Positions 14,868 to 24,117 are shown, counted from the stretch's first letter. The stretch: 35,714 nucleotides of DNA from an uncultured Planctomycetales bacterium (GCA_964347585.1 CAYGAN010000016.1:3614-39327); one strand, 5' to 3'. The notes: generated by a model not told the origin, from the letters alone. A program made the numbers and translations.

Positions 14868-15902
14868 ATGCCGACCATGAAGCCGCGGAATCCTGTCTTG
14901 GATTGGCTGGCCTATGCTGGTGTGCGCGCCTTCTCGCTGATCGCACAGATGTTTCCGATTGACTTGAACCTTAAGACGGCGCGACTGCTAGGCCGGCTCT
15001 GGTACGCGGCCATCCCGAGGCATCGCCAGCGCGCCGAAGAGCATCTCCGCGCGTCCTTCGGGCATACGTTGTCCTCGCATGACATGGACCACATCTCGCT
15101 GCGCTGCATGCAACAAACGGCCATGATGGCCATGGAGCTCTTATTCCTCCCACGTTTGATCAACGAGTGGACCTGGCCCCGGTACGTGCGCCTGGCCGAC
15201 TTGCAGGAGGTCCTGCGAGTCGTCCTCCAGCGACGCGGGTGCATCCTCGTCACCGGGCACTTCGGCAACTGGGAGCTGCTCGGCTTTATGCTCGCAGCTC
15301 TCGGGATCGATATGGTGGCGCTGATGCGGCCGTTGGACAATCCATATCTGAACCGGCACCTCGTCGAGACGCGGTTGCGGCGCGGGCTACGCCTGCTTTA
15401 CAAGAAAGGAGCCATGCTCCAAGCGGACGACGTACTGCGTAGCGGCAAGGCCTTATGTTTCATTGCAGATCAGAATGCCGGTCGAAAGGGACTGTTTGTT
15501 GACTTCTTCGGCCGAAAGGCTTCCACGTACAAATCGATCGGCCTGCTGGCCGCTGAGCACGGCGCCCCGATCATCGTAGGGTATGCCCGGCGCCTGAGCG
15601 AGAGGTTCGAGTACGAAATCGGCGTCAACCGGATCATTCACCCGCACGAGTGGACGGACCGCGACGATCCGGTGTTGTGGATCACCCAGGAGTACACGCG
15701 AGCGATTGAAGTGCTTGCTCGCCGCTGGCCTGAGCAGTACCTGTGGGTTCATCGCAGGTGGAAGACGCGTCCGCCGGAAGAAGACACCCGCGCCGCACCC
15801 AAAGGCATTGACGCGTCTGCAGGCACCGGACAGCGGGGCAATCCCGACAATGCCCGACCCATGCCGCCGCCTTCGCCTCGCGCCATCGAGGCCCCCGCTT
15901 AG
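14868..15902 (+). CDS. LpxL/HtrB-family lysophospholipid / lipid A late acyltransferase
   Basis: GCILVTGHFGNWELLG (the family HxxxxE-type motif), ALMRPLDNPYLNRHL, CFIADQNAGRKGLFVDFFGRKAST and GAPIIVGYARR. Start placed at ATG 14868 (or 14877). The track's 14742 start adds a Pro/Arg-rich extension. Confidence 0.8.
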   Translation: MPTMKPRNPVLDWLAYAGVRAFSLIAQMFPIDLNLKTARLLGRLWYAAIPRHRQRAEEHLRASFGHTLSSHDMDHISLRCMQQTAMMAMELLFLPRLINEWTWPRYVRLADLQEVLRVVLQRRGCILVTGHFGNWELLGFMLAALGIDMVALMRPLDNPYLNRHLVETRLRRGLRLLYKKGAMLQADDVLRSGKALCFIADQNAGRKGLFVDFFGRKASTYKSIGLLAAEHGAPIIVGYARRLSERFEYEIGVNRIIHPHEWTDRDDPVLWITQEYTRAIEVLARRWPEQYLWVHRRWKTRPPEEDTRAAPKGIDASAGTGQRGNPDNARPMPPPSPRAIEAPA

Positions 15903-15947
15903 ATCGTCCCCCACTCCCTCGCCGGCAGCGCGCGTTAGTGATAGCGC

Positions 15948-15970
15948 GTGGCACCTACCGACCGTGCCAC
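15948..15970. terminator. Hairpin between the convergent acyltransferase and HDOD genes
   Basis: gtggcac - ctaccgacc - gtgccac: a 7-bp perfect stem with a 9-nt loop, followed by TT. A second small GC hairpin lies just upstream. Confidence 0.3.
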
Positions 15971-15975
15971 TTGGG

Positions 15976-16866
15976 TCAGGCGGTGAGCACAGCCTCGGCC
16001 GAAGCGAGCTGCTCGGGCAGATTCGCCCGGACATCCACCAGCACCCGCGCTGAGATGCCAGCGGCATCCAGATACGCACTGTCGATCTGTTCGCCAGCCG
16101 CCGTAAGGTGAAAGCCGATTCGCTCCCGGCAGCAGAACACGTCTGCCAGGCGTACAATGCTGCCCACCTGCTGATGTTCAGCAGGTATTCGGTCCACCGC
16201 GTGATGCTTGCCAACAGTGTTCTGCAGCACCGGGGGAAACCGCCACTTGGCGGTGAGTGCCTGACCGAAAGCCTGGTGGTCCGCACCGATGGCGGCTGTC
16301 TCGGCGTCGCAGAAGTCGCCTTGCGGGGCAAGCCCGCCCCCGCCACATCGCTCAATCGCCTCACGAAGCTGGTCGGGAAAGGCTTGCCGCTCGACGAGGA
16401 TGCCCAGGTCGTGGATCAGGCCGGCCAGGAACAGCTCCTCCCCGCCGATCTTGGGCTGGACGGCCAAGCAGATCATCCGGCTAGCGACACCGACAGCCAG
16501 GCTGTGCGTCCAGAGATCTCTGGCAGAGAACTTCCGGCTCATCTGACCAGCTCTGAATATGCGCGCGATCGAGGCGGCGATGGCGATGTTCTTGACGGCG
16601 GATAGGCCGAGCAACGCAACCGCTCTGTCCAGGTTGGCCACCTTGCCCGGCAAGCCGTAGAATGCCGAGTTGACCACCTTCAAGATCCGTGCCGACAACG
16701 CCGGGTCGGATTTGATCACGTCGCGAAGATCCCGAGCTGTGCTCCTGGGATCCTCCACGAGTTCGATGATCCGGACGGTCACCTCCGGAAGCGTGGTAAT
16801 CTCGTTGAGTTGGGAGATTGTCTTGTCCACGATCACAGGAACGTCGGTCAGGGCATCCGTTGTCAT
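15976..16866 (-). CDS. HDOD domain-containing signalling protein
   Basis: LPEVTVRIIELVEDPRSTARDLRDVIKSDPALSARILKVVNSAFYGLPGKVANLDRAVALLGL, LWTHSLAVG and GLIHDLGILV. Confidence 0.85.
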   Translation of the reverse strand: MTTDALTDVPVIVDKTISQLNEITTLPEVTVRIIELVEDPRSTARDLRDVIKSDPALSARILKVVNSAFYGLPGKVANLDRAVALLGLSAVKNIAIAASIARIFRAGQMSRKFSARDLWTHSLAVGVASRMICLAVQPKIGGEELFLAGLIHDLGILVERQAFPDQLREAIERCGGGGLAPQGDFCDAETAAIGADHQAFGQALTAKWRFPPVLQNTVGKHHAVDRIPAEHQQVGSIVRLADVFCCRERIGFHLTAAGEQIDSAYLDAAGISARVLVDVRANLPEQLASAEAVLTA

Positions 16867-17024
16867 TGCGTTTTCTCTCAGTTGTGGCGCACTGCAAGCG
16901 CCTACCCACTGATCGTCAGGCGGACCTAAACGGTTTAGCGGGAAATTCCCACCTCAAAGAGCCGCCCCCCGACAGCAGAGCCACCAATGTTCTGCTTCAC
17001 AAAGCGCTTGCGCCGCGCGCCAGG

Positions 17025-18215
17025 TTAGAAGGTCAGCTGCTTTTGGCGCAACTCGGGCGTGAGGGCCACATCGGCCAGGAACTCGGCGATGCGCTCGCCA
17101 GCACGACCGTCGCCATACGCGGTCCGACGCACCGCTCGGAGCCGAATCGCTCTGCGGATCGCTTTTCGGACGTTCGCTTCGCCATAATCAGAGTCGATCA
17201 CGCTCGGGCCGCACTTCTGCCGCCCCTTCTGTCGAGGACCGATGTTGACGGCCGGGGTTCCCGCGCAAGCCGATTCAATGATGCCACTGGAGGAGTTGCC
17301 CACCACGACCCTCCCAGCCCGCAGTACACGCAAGAAATCGTCGGGCGGCAGCGATCGGAACACACGCCACGTGCCTCCAGCGGGACGATGACGAATGGCC
17401 TGAACGATCCCCGAGTGGCCGGGATCGGTGCACGGATAGATGATCACACCAGCCAGACCCTCGGCGAGCACCGCTCGCAGCGTCTGCCGCATGGCCTGGC
17501 GCTCCCGACGCGGCGGCATCCCGGCCGGATGCTGGACAACAACCGCAAAGTCGGTCCCCACAGCGAGCTTCAGGCGCCTGCGGATCCATTTGTCGTCCGG
17601 CGGAGGCAAAGCGCGAAGATTGTCCAAGCCTGGCGCGCCAACACAGTGCACGTGCTCGGGGCGCTCGCCCAAACGGATGATCCGTCTGGCCGCCTGCCGC
17701 GTCGCGGCAAAATGGACGTGGGCAAGCTTGGTGATCGCGTGGCGGAGCGTGTCATCAACGTCGCCGACGGCTACATCTCCCCCATGCACGTGCGCAACAA
17801 ACCGACCCGCGGTCACGCCTGCTAGGGCGCCGGCAAGAGCCTCAACGCGATCGCCAAGCACCAGCACCACATGGGTGCCAAGGTGCTCAAGGACCTGCGC
17901 GATTCCCGCCACGCCCCGGCCAAGGCCGACCGCCTGATCGAGCGCACTGTCCTGTCCGGTCTGCATCTTCACCGCCGCGTCGATCGGCCAGCCGTCGCGG
18001 CGAATCTCATTGATCGTCCGGCCATGAGCAGCAAGCAGGTGAATGCCAGTGGCAATGACTTGAAGATCGAGCTTCGGCTGCGTCTGGATCGCGCGCATGA
18101 TCGGCCGCAGCAGGCCGTACTCGGCCCGCGTGCCCGTCACTACGCACACTCGTCTGCGCTGGCGCATAAGTTCCGCGGCGACTGACGACGACCTCTGCGC
18201 CGGACCAAACAGCAT
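17025..18215 (-). CDS. UDP-N-acetylglucosamine 2-epimerase, hydrolysing (NeuC-like) family
   Basis: VCVVTGTRAEYGLLRPIM, LVLGDRVEALAGA, AHVHGGDVAVGDVDDTLRHAITKLAHVHFA and NSSSGIIE. The start may instead be the internal ATG at 18167. Confidence 0.8.
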   Translation of the reverse strand: MLFGPAQRSSSVAAELMRQRRRVCVVTGTRAEYGLLRPIMRAIQTQPKLDLQVIATGIHLLAAHGRTINEIRRDGWPIDAAVKMQTGQDSALDQAVGLGRGVAGIAQVLEHLGTHVVLVLGDRVEALAGALAGVTAGRFVAHVHGGDVAVGDVDDTLRHAITKLAHVHFAATRQAARRIIRLGERPEHVHCVGAPGLDNLRALPPPDDKWIRRRLKLAVGTDFAVVVQHPAGMPPRRERQAMRQTLRAVLAEGLAGVIIYPCTDPGHSGIVQAIRHRPAGGTWRVFRSLPPDDFLRVLRAGRVVVGNSSSGIIESACAGTPAVNIGPRQKGRQKCGPSVIDSDYGEANVRKAIRRAIRLRAVRRTAYGDGRAGERIAEFLADVALTPELRQKQLTF

Positions 18216-18314
18216 GTCTCAGACGCCGTAGAGGTCTCCGCTGGCGCGAACCGACTCTCACGCCACCGAGAGGACCCTGAATGCTTATCGGCAAGAAAGC
18301 AGGCCCGCGAGCAG

Positions 18315-19580
18315 CTACTCGGCCGATCCATGCATCTTTTCAATTAGGATCTCGGCCACCTCAGGGCGCATCACGCGCGGGTCCGGCAGTCGGCCGGCGC
18401 GAAGCTGCTGGCGCAGCTCCCGCCCGCTGATCGAGACGGGGTGATATCCCTTCGATTCGTGCTCTTCGATAAGGCCGACGCGGCCTAGTTCCTCGTAGAA
18501 GACCGCGAATCCCACCTTGACCGGCTGGATGAGCAGCCGGCCTTGGAGTCCGTCGAATTTCCTTTGCGCGGCCAGCGGGTCCCAAATGTCCGAGCCGTCG
18601 TCGAACGGGGCGTCGGCGTGTTTGCGGCCGATGACGATGTCGGTGAAGCCGAAATTCTGGCGGTAGATACCATGCATGATAGCCTCTTTCGGCCCGGCGT
18701 AGAACATCTTGATGTCGAGCCCGAGCAGAACCACCTGATCGCTCAGATCATAGCGCTTGCCTTTCCAGAGGGCCTCGTCTTTGTCGCCCTGGCCGAGCAG
18801 ACGGTTTTCGATCAGTGCACGATACGTCCGCATCCGCGTGGCAGCGTCAACGTCGTCGCTCTTGGTCTCGCCGACAAGCGGGTTGAGCGCGGCCCCTGCG
18901 AGATACCCCGCGCGGGTGAGTCTCTCCAACCCCACCACGAGCGCGTACTCATGCGCCCGATGAAGAGGATTGCGCGTCTGAAACGCGACAACCCGCTCCC
19001 ATCCGCGGGAGGCAAACAACGCCCGCGTCTGGCGCGGACTGAGCACGTACTGGCCATACTCAGGGTGTCTCGGCTGGGGGAGTACCTCGACGCGCCCGCC
19101 CAACAACCTGCCGCGCGGATCGCCCATTACCATACGCCCGCCCGGGTGATCGGTACGGTCGGTGCCATAGACGCCCACCAGATACCGGCGCTTGTCGTAC
19201 GCGAAGACTTCCTCGACGACGAGTGCGCCGACGGTGTTGCCGGTTGAGTTGACGAGGCGAACGCGTTGGCCGATCTTCACCCCGCGCGCCAGCTCGTCGT
19301 CAACCGGAAAAGAGATCGGGATGGTCCACGCGTACTCCCGGCCGTCACGCACAACGACCTCCTCGTCCAAGACGCGGTCGAAAACCTCCTTGGTCATCGG
19401 CCCGGTCAGCGGGCTGAGCCCGCCGTCACCGAGGCGATACAGGCTTGAGAGGTCCGCGTCGTCGATCGGCACAGGACTCAGCTCAGCGACCTCGCGCGTG
19501 AAGTCGTCGATACGATCCGACGATACGGTGCAATTGACCGGTTCACCCAGTCCGCCGTGCACCTCAATCAACGACTTCAT
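18315..19580 (-). CDS. sat: Sulfate adenylyltransferase (ATP sulfurylase), homo-oligomeric type
   Basis: GGLSPLTGPM, VAFQTRNPLHRAHEYAL (the QxRNPxHxxH motif), NPLVGETKSDDV and IVIGRKHAD (a variant of GRDHAG). Start placed at ATG 19580, which has AGGAGG upstream. Confidence 0.85.
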   Translation of the reverse strand: MKSLIEVHGGLGEPVNCTVSSDRIDDFTREVAELSPVPIDDADLSSLYRLGDGGLSPLTGPMTKEVFDRVLDEEVVVRDGREYAWTIPISFPVDDELARGVKIGQRVRLVNSTGNTVGALVVEEVFAYDKRRYLVGVYGTDRTDHPGGRMVMGDPRGRLLGGRVEVLPQPRHPEYGQYVLSPRQTRALFASRGWERVVAFQTRNPLHRAHEYALVVGLERLTRAGYLAGAALNPLVGETKSDDVDAATRMRTYRALIENRLLGQGDKDEALWKGKRYDLSDQVVLLGLDIKMFYAGPKEAIMHGIYRQNFGFTDIVIGRKHADAPFDDGSDIWDPLAAQRKFDGLQGRLLIQPVKVGFAVFYEELGRVGLIEEHESKGYHPVSISGRELRQQLRAGRLPDPRVMRPEVAEILIEKMHGSAE

Positions 19581-19785
19581 CAGCTCACAAGCCTCCTGCA
19601 GCCGCCACGCCCCCCGAACGTCGCCCTGCCTCGAAACAGAATCGGTCACCAAAGCCGACGTAATCGCCCCCGCACTGGCGAGCCCGTCAGCCCGCGATGA
19701 CAGCCACGTCCCCCTCTGCTCCCCCTGGTCGCGCCGCCACGAGCGCCCACCCGTCCGCCCCCGGCCCCGTCGTACGCGGGGACTT

Positions 19786-20295
19786 CTAGTGCTTGGCCGG
19801 GGTCAGCACCATGGTCATGCGTCGCCCCTCCATTTTTGGGGGCCGCTCTATGCGGGACCCTTCGGCCAACTCGGCCGCGATCGAAGCGAGGGTCTCCATC
19901 CCCAGGTCACGGTGCACGTGCTCCCGTCCGCGGAACCTCATCAAGAACTGAACTTTGTTGCCCTTGCTGAGGAACTCCCGGGCCTTCTTGAGCTTGACTT
20001 CCTTGTCGCGCTGGTCAGTCTTCGGCGTCAGACGCACGGTCTTGAGTTGCTGCTCATGGTGGTGCTTCTTGTGCTTCTTGCTTTGCTGGTACTTCCATTT
20101 GCCGTAATCCATGATCCGGCAAACGGGCGGCCTTTCCGTAGGAGCCACCTCGACCAGGTCCAGTCCGGCCTCCCGGGCCAGGCGGAGCGCTTCGTCCGTG
20201 GGAACGATGCCTACCTGCTCGTTATTCTCGTTGATCACACGAACAGGCGACAAACGGATCTGCTCATTCGTTCGTAGATTCTGAGCGATGGGCAA
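19786..20295 (-). CDS. infC: Translation initiation factor IF-3
   Basis: NEQIRLSPVRVINENNEQVGIVPTDEALRLAREAGLDLVEVAPTERPPVCRIMDYGKWKY... There is no AUG at the 5' end. The frame opens with TTG (20293-20295) directly after an in-frame TGA, and an ATC lies two codons later. Confidence 0.9.
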   Translation of the reverse strand: MPIAQNLRTNEQIRLSPVRVINENNEQVGIVPTDEALRLAREAGLDLVEVAPTERPPVCRIMDYGKWKYQQSKKHKKHHHEQQLKTVRLTPKTDQRDKEVKLKKAREFLSKGNKVQFLMRFRGREHVHRDLGMETLASIAAELAEGSRIERPPKMEGRRMTMVLTPAKH

Positions 20296-20400
20296 TCACC
20301 TGCCTTTCTATGAACAAGGGCCCGGTCCGCCTCTGCCTCGAGCCGCGCCAGGAACACGCCTCCACGCCGCCCGCCCGCGCAGCCGACCAGCCCGCCCGAA

Positions 20401-22392
20401 TTAACCGTGTCCGCTGGTCATACCCTCGATTTCTCCGCGGCACCTGGCGACCAACTCGGGCACCGGCATGTTACCAAGCACGTGCCCGTCACGGTCGTTG
20501 ACGTTGACAGTCTCGTCGGCGGCCTCGCGCTCACCGACGACGAGAATGTACGGAATCCTCTGGTGGCGCGCCCGGTGCTTCTTGGGCCCGATCTTGTCGC
20601 TCGAAACGTCCAGCTCGACGCGCAGCCCCGCCTCGGTGAGCTGCTTGTGCACCCGTCGCGCGTAGGCTTCACTCCGGGCGCTTACAGTGACAACTGCGAC
20701 TTGGATCGGAGCCAGCCACAGCGGAAACGCCCCCGCGTAATGCTCGATCAACCCACCGATAAACCGCTCCATGCTCCCGAGAACGGTCCGATGAATGATC
20801 GCCGTCTCGTGTAGCGCGTTGTCCGGCCCGACATAGGTGATGCCGAACCGCCGGGCCGCCTGCAAGTCCAGCTGGTGAGTCGGGCCTTGCCATTCTCGCC
20901 CGATCGAGTCGATCAACTTGATGTCGATTTTCGGGGCATAGAACACGCCGGCACCCTCATCGACCTCGAACTCCAGGCCCCGACGGATCAACGCCTGGCG
21001 AAGCGCCTCCGTGGCTGAATCCCACTCCTCCACCGTACCAAGATACTGCTCGGGCCGGGTCGCCAGATAGGCCTCATACGTATAGCCGAAGCTCCTCATC
21101 ATGAAGTCCATCAGCTCGAGCAGCAGATCCAACTCCCCCTCGACCTGATCCGGGGTGCAGAACAGGTGCCCGTCGTCCATGGTCAGCATGCGCACCCGCA
21201 GCAGGCCGTGCAACGTGCCGGACCGCTCGTATCGGTAGACCGTCCCAAGCTCGGCGTAGCGAATCGGCAGGTCACGGTAACTGCGGGGCGAGCTTTGATA
21301 GATCCTGTAATGCCCGGGGCAATTCATCGGCCTGACGTAATAATCCTCCCCGTCAATGTCCATGGGGGAATACATCATGTCGGCGTACTTCTCGAGGTGT
21401 CCGCTGATATCGAAAATGCGACGACTCGCAATGTGTGGCGTATAGACGAGCTGATATCCCCGCTTGAGGTGTTCCCGCCGCCAGAAGTCCTCCACCAGAT
21501 GCCGGATCATCGCGCCCTTCGGGTGCCAGTGGACCAGCCCGGCGCCGATGTCCTCCTGCACGCTGTACAGGTCAAGCTGTTTGCCGAGCACGCGATGATC
21601 TCGTTTCTTGGCCTCTTCGAGCCGGTGAAGGTAAGCATCCAGCGCCTTCTGGCTTGCCCATGCGGTGCCATAGACGCGCTGCAGCATCTTCTCTCTTGCA
21701 TCGCCGCGATAGTAAGCGCCGCTGACCTGCATGACCTTGAACGCGCCGATGCGCCCGGTGCTCGGCACATGAGGCCCGCGGCACAGGTCCTCAAAGCCGT
21801 CCTCACCGGCCCGACCTGTCACGTAAAAGCTCAGTCGATCACCGACGGCCCGTTCGGCATTGTCAATCTTGTAACGGTTGCCTTCGGTTCGCAACTTGGC
21901 CATCGCCTCTTCACGCGGCAGTTCGTATCGCCTGAACGGTAGATCGGCCTCGACGATCCGGTGCATCCTCTCCTCGATCTGAGCAAAATCCTCGGGCGTC
22001 AGAGGACGATCCAGATCAATGTCGTAATAAAAGCCGTCCTCGACCGTCGGGCCATACACGAGTTCCGTCTGCGGGAAAAGCTCGCAGATCGCCTGAGCCA
22101 TCACGTGTGCCGCGCTGTGCCGCAGCACCTCCAGCGTGTCGGGATCGTCGCCATTAAGGGTGAGGATCTTGAGCCGACAATCGTGCTCTATAGGTGTATC
22201 CAACTCGACAACCTGCGGCGGCCGGTCCGGCAGACTGACCTTCGCGGCCACCGCCGCCCGCGCCAGAGGTTCGGATATGCGAGCGGCCGCCTCGCCGACC
22301 GTCGTCCCCTCGGCCACCTCGATGACCGACTCGTCCGGCAGGGCGACCTTCCTGACCGGGCCGCTATTGCGCGATGACGAACCGCTCGGCAT
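20401..22392 (-). CDS. thrS: Threonine--tRNA ligase
   Basis: 663 aa. N-terminal TGS-like region, editing-domain HSAAHVMAQA, class II core (RDHRVLGKQLDL, FWRREHLKRGYQLVYTPHI, LPIRYAELGTVYRYERSG, HLFCTPDQ, GVFYAPKID) and an anticodon-binding domain. Confidence 0.97.
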   Translation of the reverse strand: MPSGSSSRNSGPVRKVALPDESVIEVAEGTTVGEAAARISEPLARAAVAAKVSLPDRPPQVVELDTPIEHDCRLKILTLNGDDPDTLEVLRHSAAHVMAQAICELFPQTELVYGPTVEDGFYYDIDLDRPLTPEDFAQIEERMHRIVEADLPFRRYELPREEAMAKLRTEGNRYKIDNAERAVGDRLSFYVTGRAGEDGFEDLCRGPHVPSTGRIGAFKVMQVSGAYYRGDAREKMLQRVYGTAWASQKALDAYLHRLEEAKKRDHRVLGKQLDLYSVQEDIGAGLVHWHPKGAMIRHLVEDFWRREHLKRGYQLVYTPHIASRRIFDISGHLEKYADMMYSPMDIDGEDYYVRPMNCPGHYRIYQSSPRSYRDLPIRYAELGTVYRYERSGTLHGLLRVRMLTMDDGHLFCTPDQVEGELDLLLELMDFMMRSFGYTYEAYLATRPEQYLGTVEEWDSATEALRQALIRRGLEFEVDEGAGVFYAPKIDIKLIDSIGREWQGPTHQLDLQAARRFGITYVGPDNALHETAIIHRTVLGSMERFIGGLIEHYAGAFPLWLAPIQVAVVTVSARSEAYARRVHKQLTEAGLRVELDVSSDKIGPKKHRARHQRIPYILVVGEREAADETVNVNDRDGHVLGNMPVPELVARCRGEIEGMTSGHG

Positions 22393-22867
22393 TGAACTGC
22401 GACTCAGAGCTGCGAACTATTCAAGCCGCCCTGAAACTGGGCGTGCAAACAGAAACGACACGCACCTCCCGCGCGCATCCGCTCGCCGACCAGGCCGAAT
22501 CAGCTCCCCGGTCGGCCCGAGCATCATGCTGTTGTGCGCGTCATGAGTTACGTGCCGTCGCAAGTCCTTGCTGAACTATCATTTGTCACCCGGACCGTCC
22601 AGGTCTCGCCCCCGGCGATCCGACGACATGGAAAGTATATATCACGCTCGCCCGGCCGGTCAAGCAGCTACCTCGGCCGCCCACCAGGCAACAAGCCGGC
22701 CGCACCGCCCCGGCCGGCAAACCCCGCCGCTTTGACCGCCTGGGACCAGCCCCGCGCGTCGGTCGCCGGCGGTCAGGAGCGTGTGTAAAATGCTCCGCCC
22801 AGGCAGTTGGCTGCAACCGGCGCGGGCCCCGCGTGAGGCAGGGCCTGCCCTCTTGGACGGGCCAATC

Positions 22868-23470
22868 ATGCCAAAGTACCCGCACGTCTTTCTAGATATC
22901 GACACGCAACACGACTTCATGAAGCCGGACGGGCGGCTTTATGTTCCCCAGGCCGATACCCTCATCCCCAATCTGGCTGCGCTGATCCGGTCGGCTGAGC
23001 GGCGCGGCATCCCTCTGATCAGCTCAGCCGACGCGCATGCGCCCGATGATGCGGAGTTCGCCGAGTTCCCGCCGCACTGCGTTGCCGGGACACCCGGCCA
23101 ACAGAAACTGCCCGAAACGTTGCTGGACCCGCGCGCGGTCATCAAACTGCGGGATTCAATCCCTGACTTCGAGGCACTGCTCGACGGGAACAAGCAGCTC
23201 ATCCTCGAGAAGACGACGTTCGACGTGTTCAGCAATCCCAACGCCGCCCGACTCGTCGAGCAGCTCGACGTCGGCGAGTACGTTGTCTTCGGTGTGGCAA
23301 CGGACTACTGCGTCAAAGCCGCTGTCCTGCGTTTGCTCGACCGCGGCAAGCGGGTAGCTCTCGTAGAGGACGCCATCAAGCCCGTGACTCCCGCCGGGGG
23401 CAGAACCGCGTACGAGGAGATGCGGCGGCGTGGTGCGCGCCGATCTCGCACCGCCGAACTGACCAAGTAG
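22868..23470 (+). CDS. pncA: Nicotinamidase / isochorismatase-family cysteine hydrolase
   Basis: VFLDIDTQHDF (Asp), SADAHAPDD...FPPHCVAG (metal-site His pattern of nicotinamidases), ILEKTTFD (Lys) and GVATDYCV (Cys). Start moved to ATG 22868. Confidence 0.75.
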   Translation: MPKYPHVFLDIDTQHDFMKPDGRLYVPQADTLIPNLAALIRSAERRGIPLISSADAHAPDDAEFAEFPPHCVAGTPGQQKLPETLLDPRAVIKLRDSIPDFEALLDGNKQLILEKTTFDVFSNPNAARLVEQLDVGEYVVFGVATDYCVKAAVLRLLDRGKRVALVEDAIKPVTPAGGRTAYEEMRRRGARRSRTAELTK

Positions 23471-23475
23471 GTCCG

Positions 23476-23493
23476 CCCGCATGCACCTGCGGG
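23476..23493 (+). terminator. Hairpin directly after the nicotinamidase stop codon
   Basis: cccgca - tgcacc - tgcggg: a 6-bp stem with a 6-nt loop and no U-tract. Confidence 0.25.
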
Positions 23494-23579
23494 GGTCGCC
23501 CGACGCCCCGCATGACGGACGATCAGCCCATCCTCGTGCAAGGGCGAACACCGTACCACCTCGGAGCGTTGCCGCACGC

Positions 23580-23990
23580 TTACCGCCCCTCCCTGGCGCG
23601 GATGCGGCAATCCCGCACGACCTGGTTCGGGATCATCTTCGCTGCTGCAATGATGAGCACCGGCAGGATGACCGCGTCGTCAAGGTGGCCAATCACAGGG
23701 ATGAAGTCGGGAATCAGATCGAACGGCAACGCCGCGTAGCCGACGGCTAGCACGAGCAGCAGCTTCGGCAACCGCGGCGTGCGAGGATCGGCCAGCATCA
23801 GGCGGCAAGCCCTCAGCTCGCGTCTTAGATTCGCCGCTACAGATCTCAGCTCGGCCAGCACGAGTAGCCTCCCGGCCAACGAGCGGTCCGGTTCACCCAC
23901 CTGATGGGTCTCGAGGCAAGAGGCTCTCAGGACCCTCGATACCATCTTACTTCGCCGCGCCCGCGTGTGCCGAACGTCCTGCAAAGCCAC
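23580..23990 (-). CDS. DUF1232 (YkvA-like) membrane protein
   Basis: LLLVLAVGYAALPFDLIPDFIPVIGHLDDAVILPVLI is the signature of this family. GTG start, which is uncertain. Confidence 0.75.
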   Translation of the reverse strand: MALQDVRHTRARRSKMVSRVLRASCLETHQVGEPDRSLAGRLLVLAELRSVAANLRRELRACRLMLADPRTPRLPKLLLVLAVGYAALPFDLIPDFIPVIGHLDDAVILPVLIIAAAKMIPNQVVRDCRIRAREGR

Positions 23991-24117
23991 CTCAACGCAC
24001 CATACCGTCAGGCGGCGTGCGGCGCGCCCGCCAGCTCGTCTCGCAAGGCCAGCCTGGAAGACCTCGAAGAAACGGCTATGCTAATCGCGATCCAGCTTGG
24101 TGTGGAACGGGCCAAAG

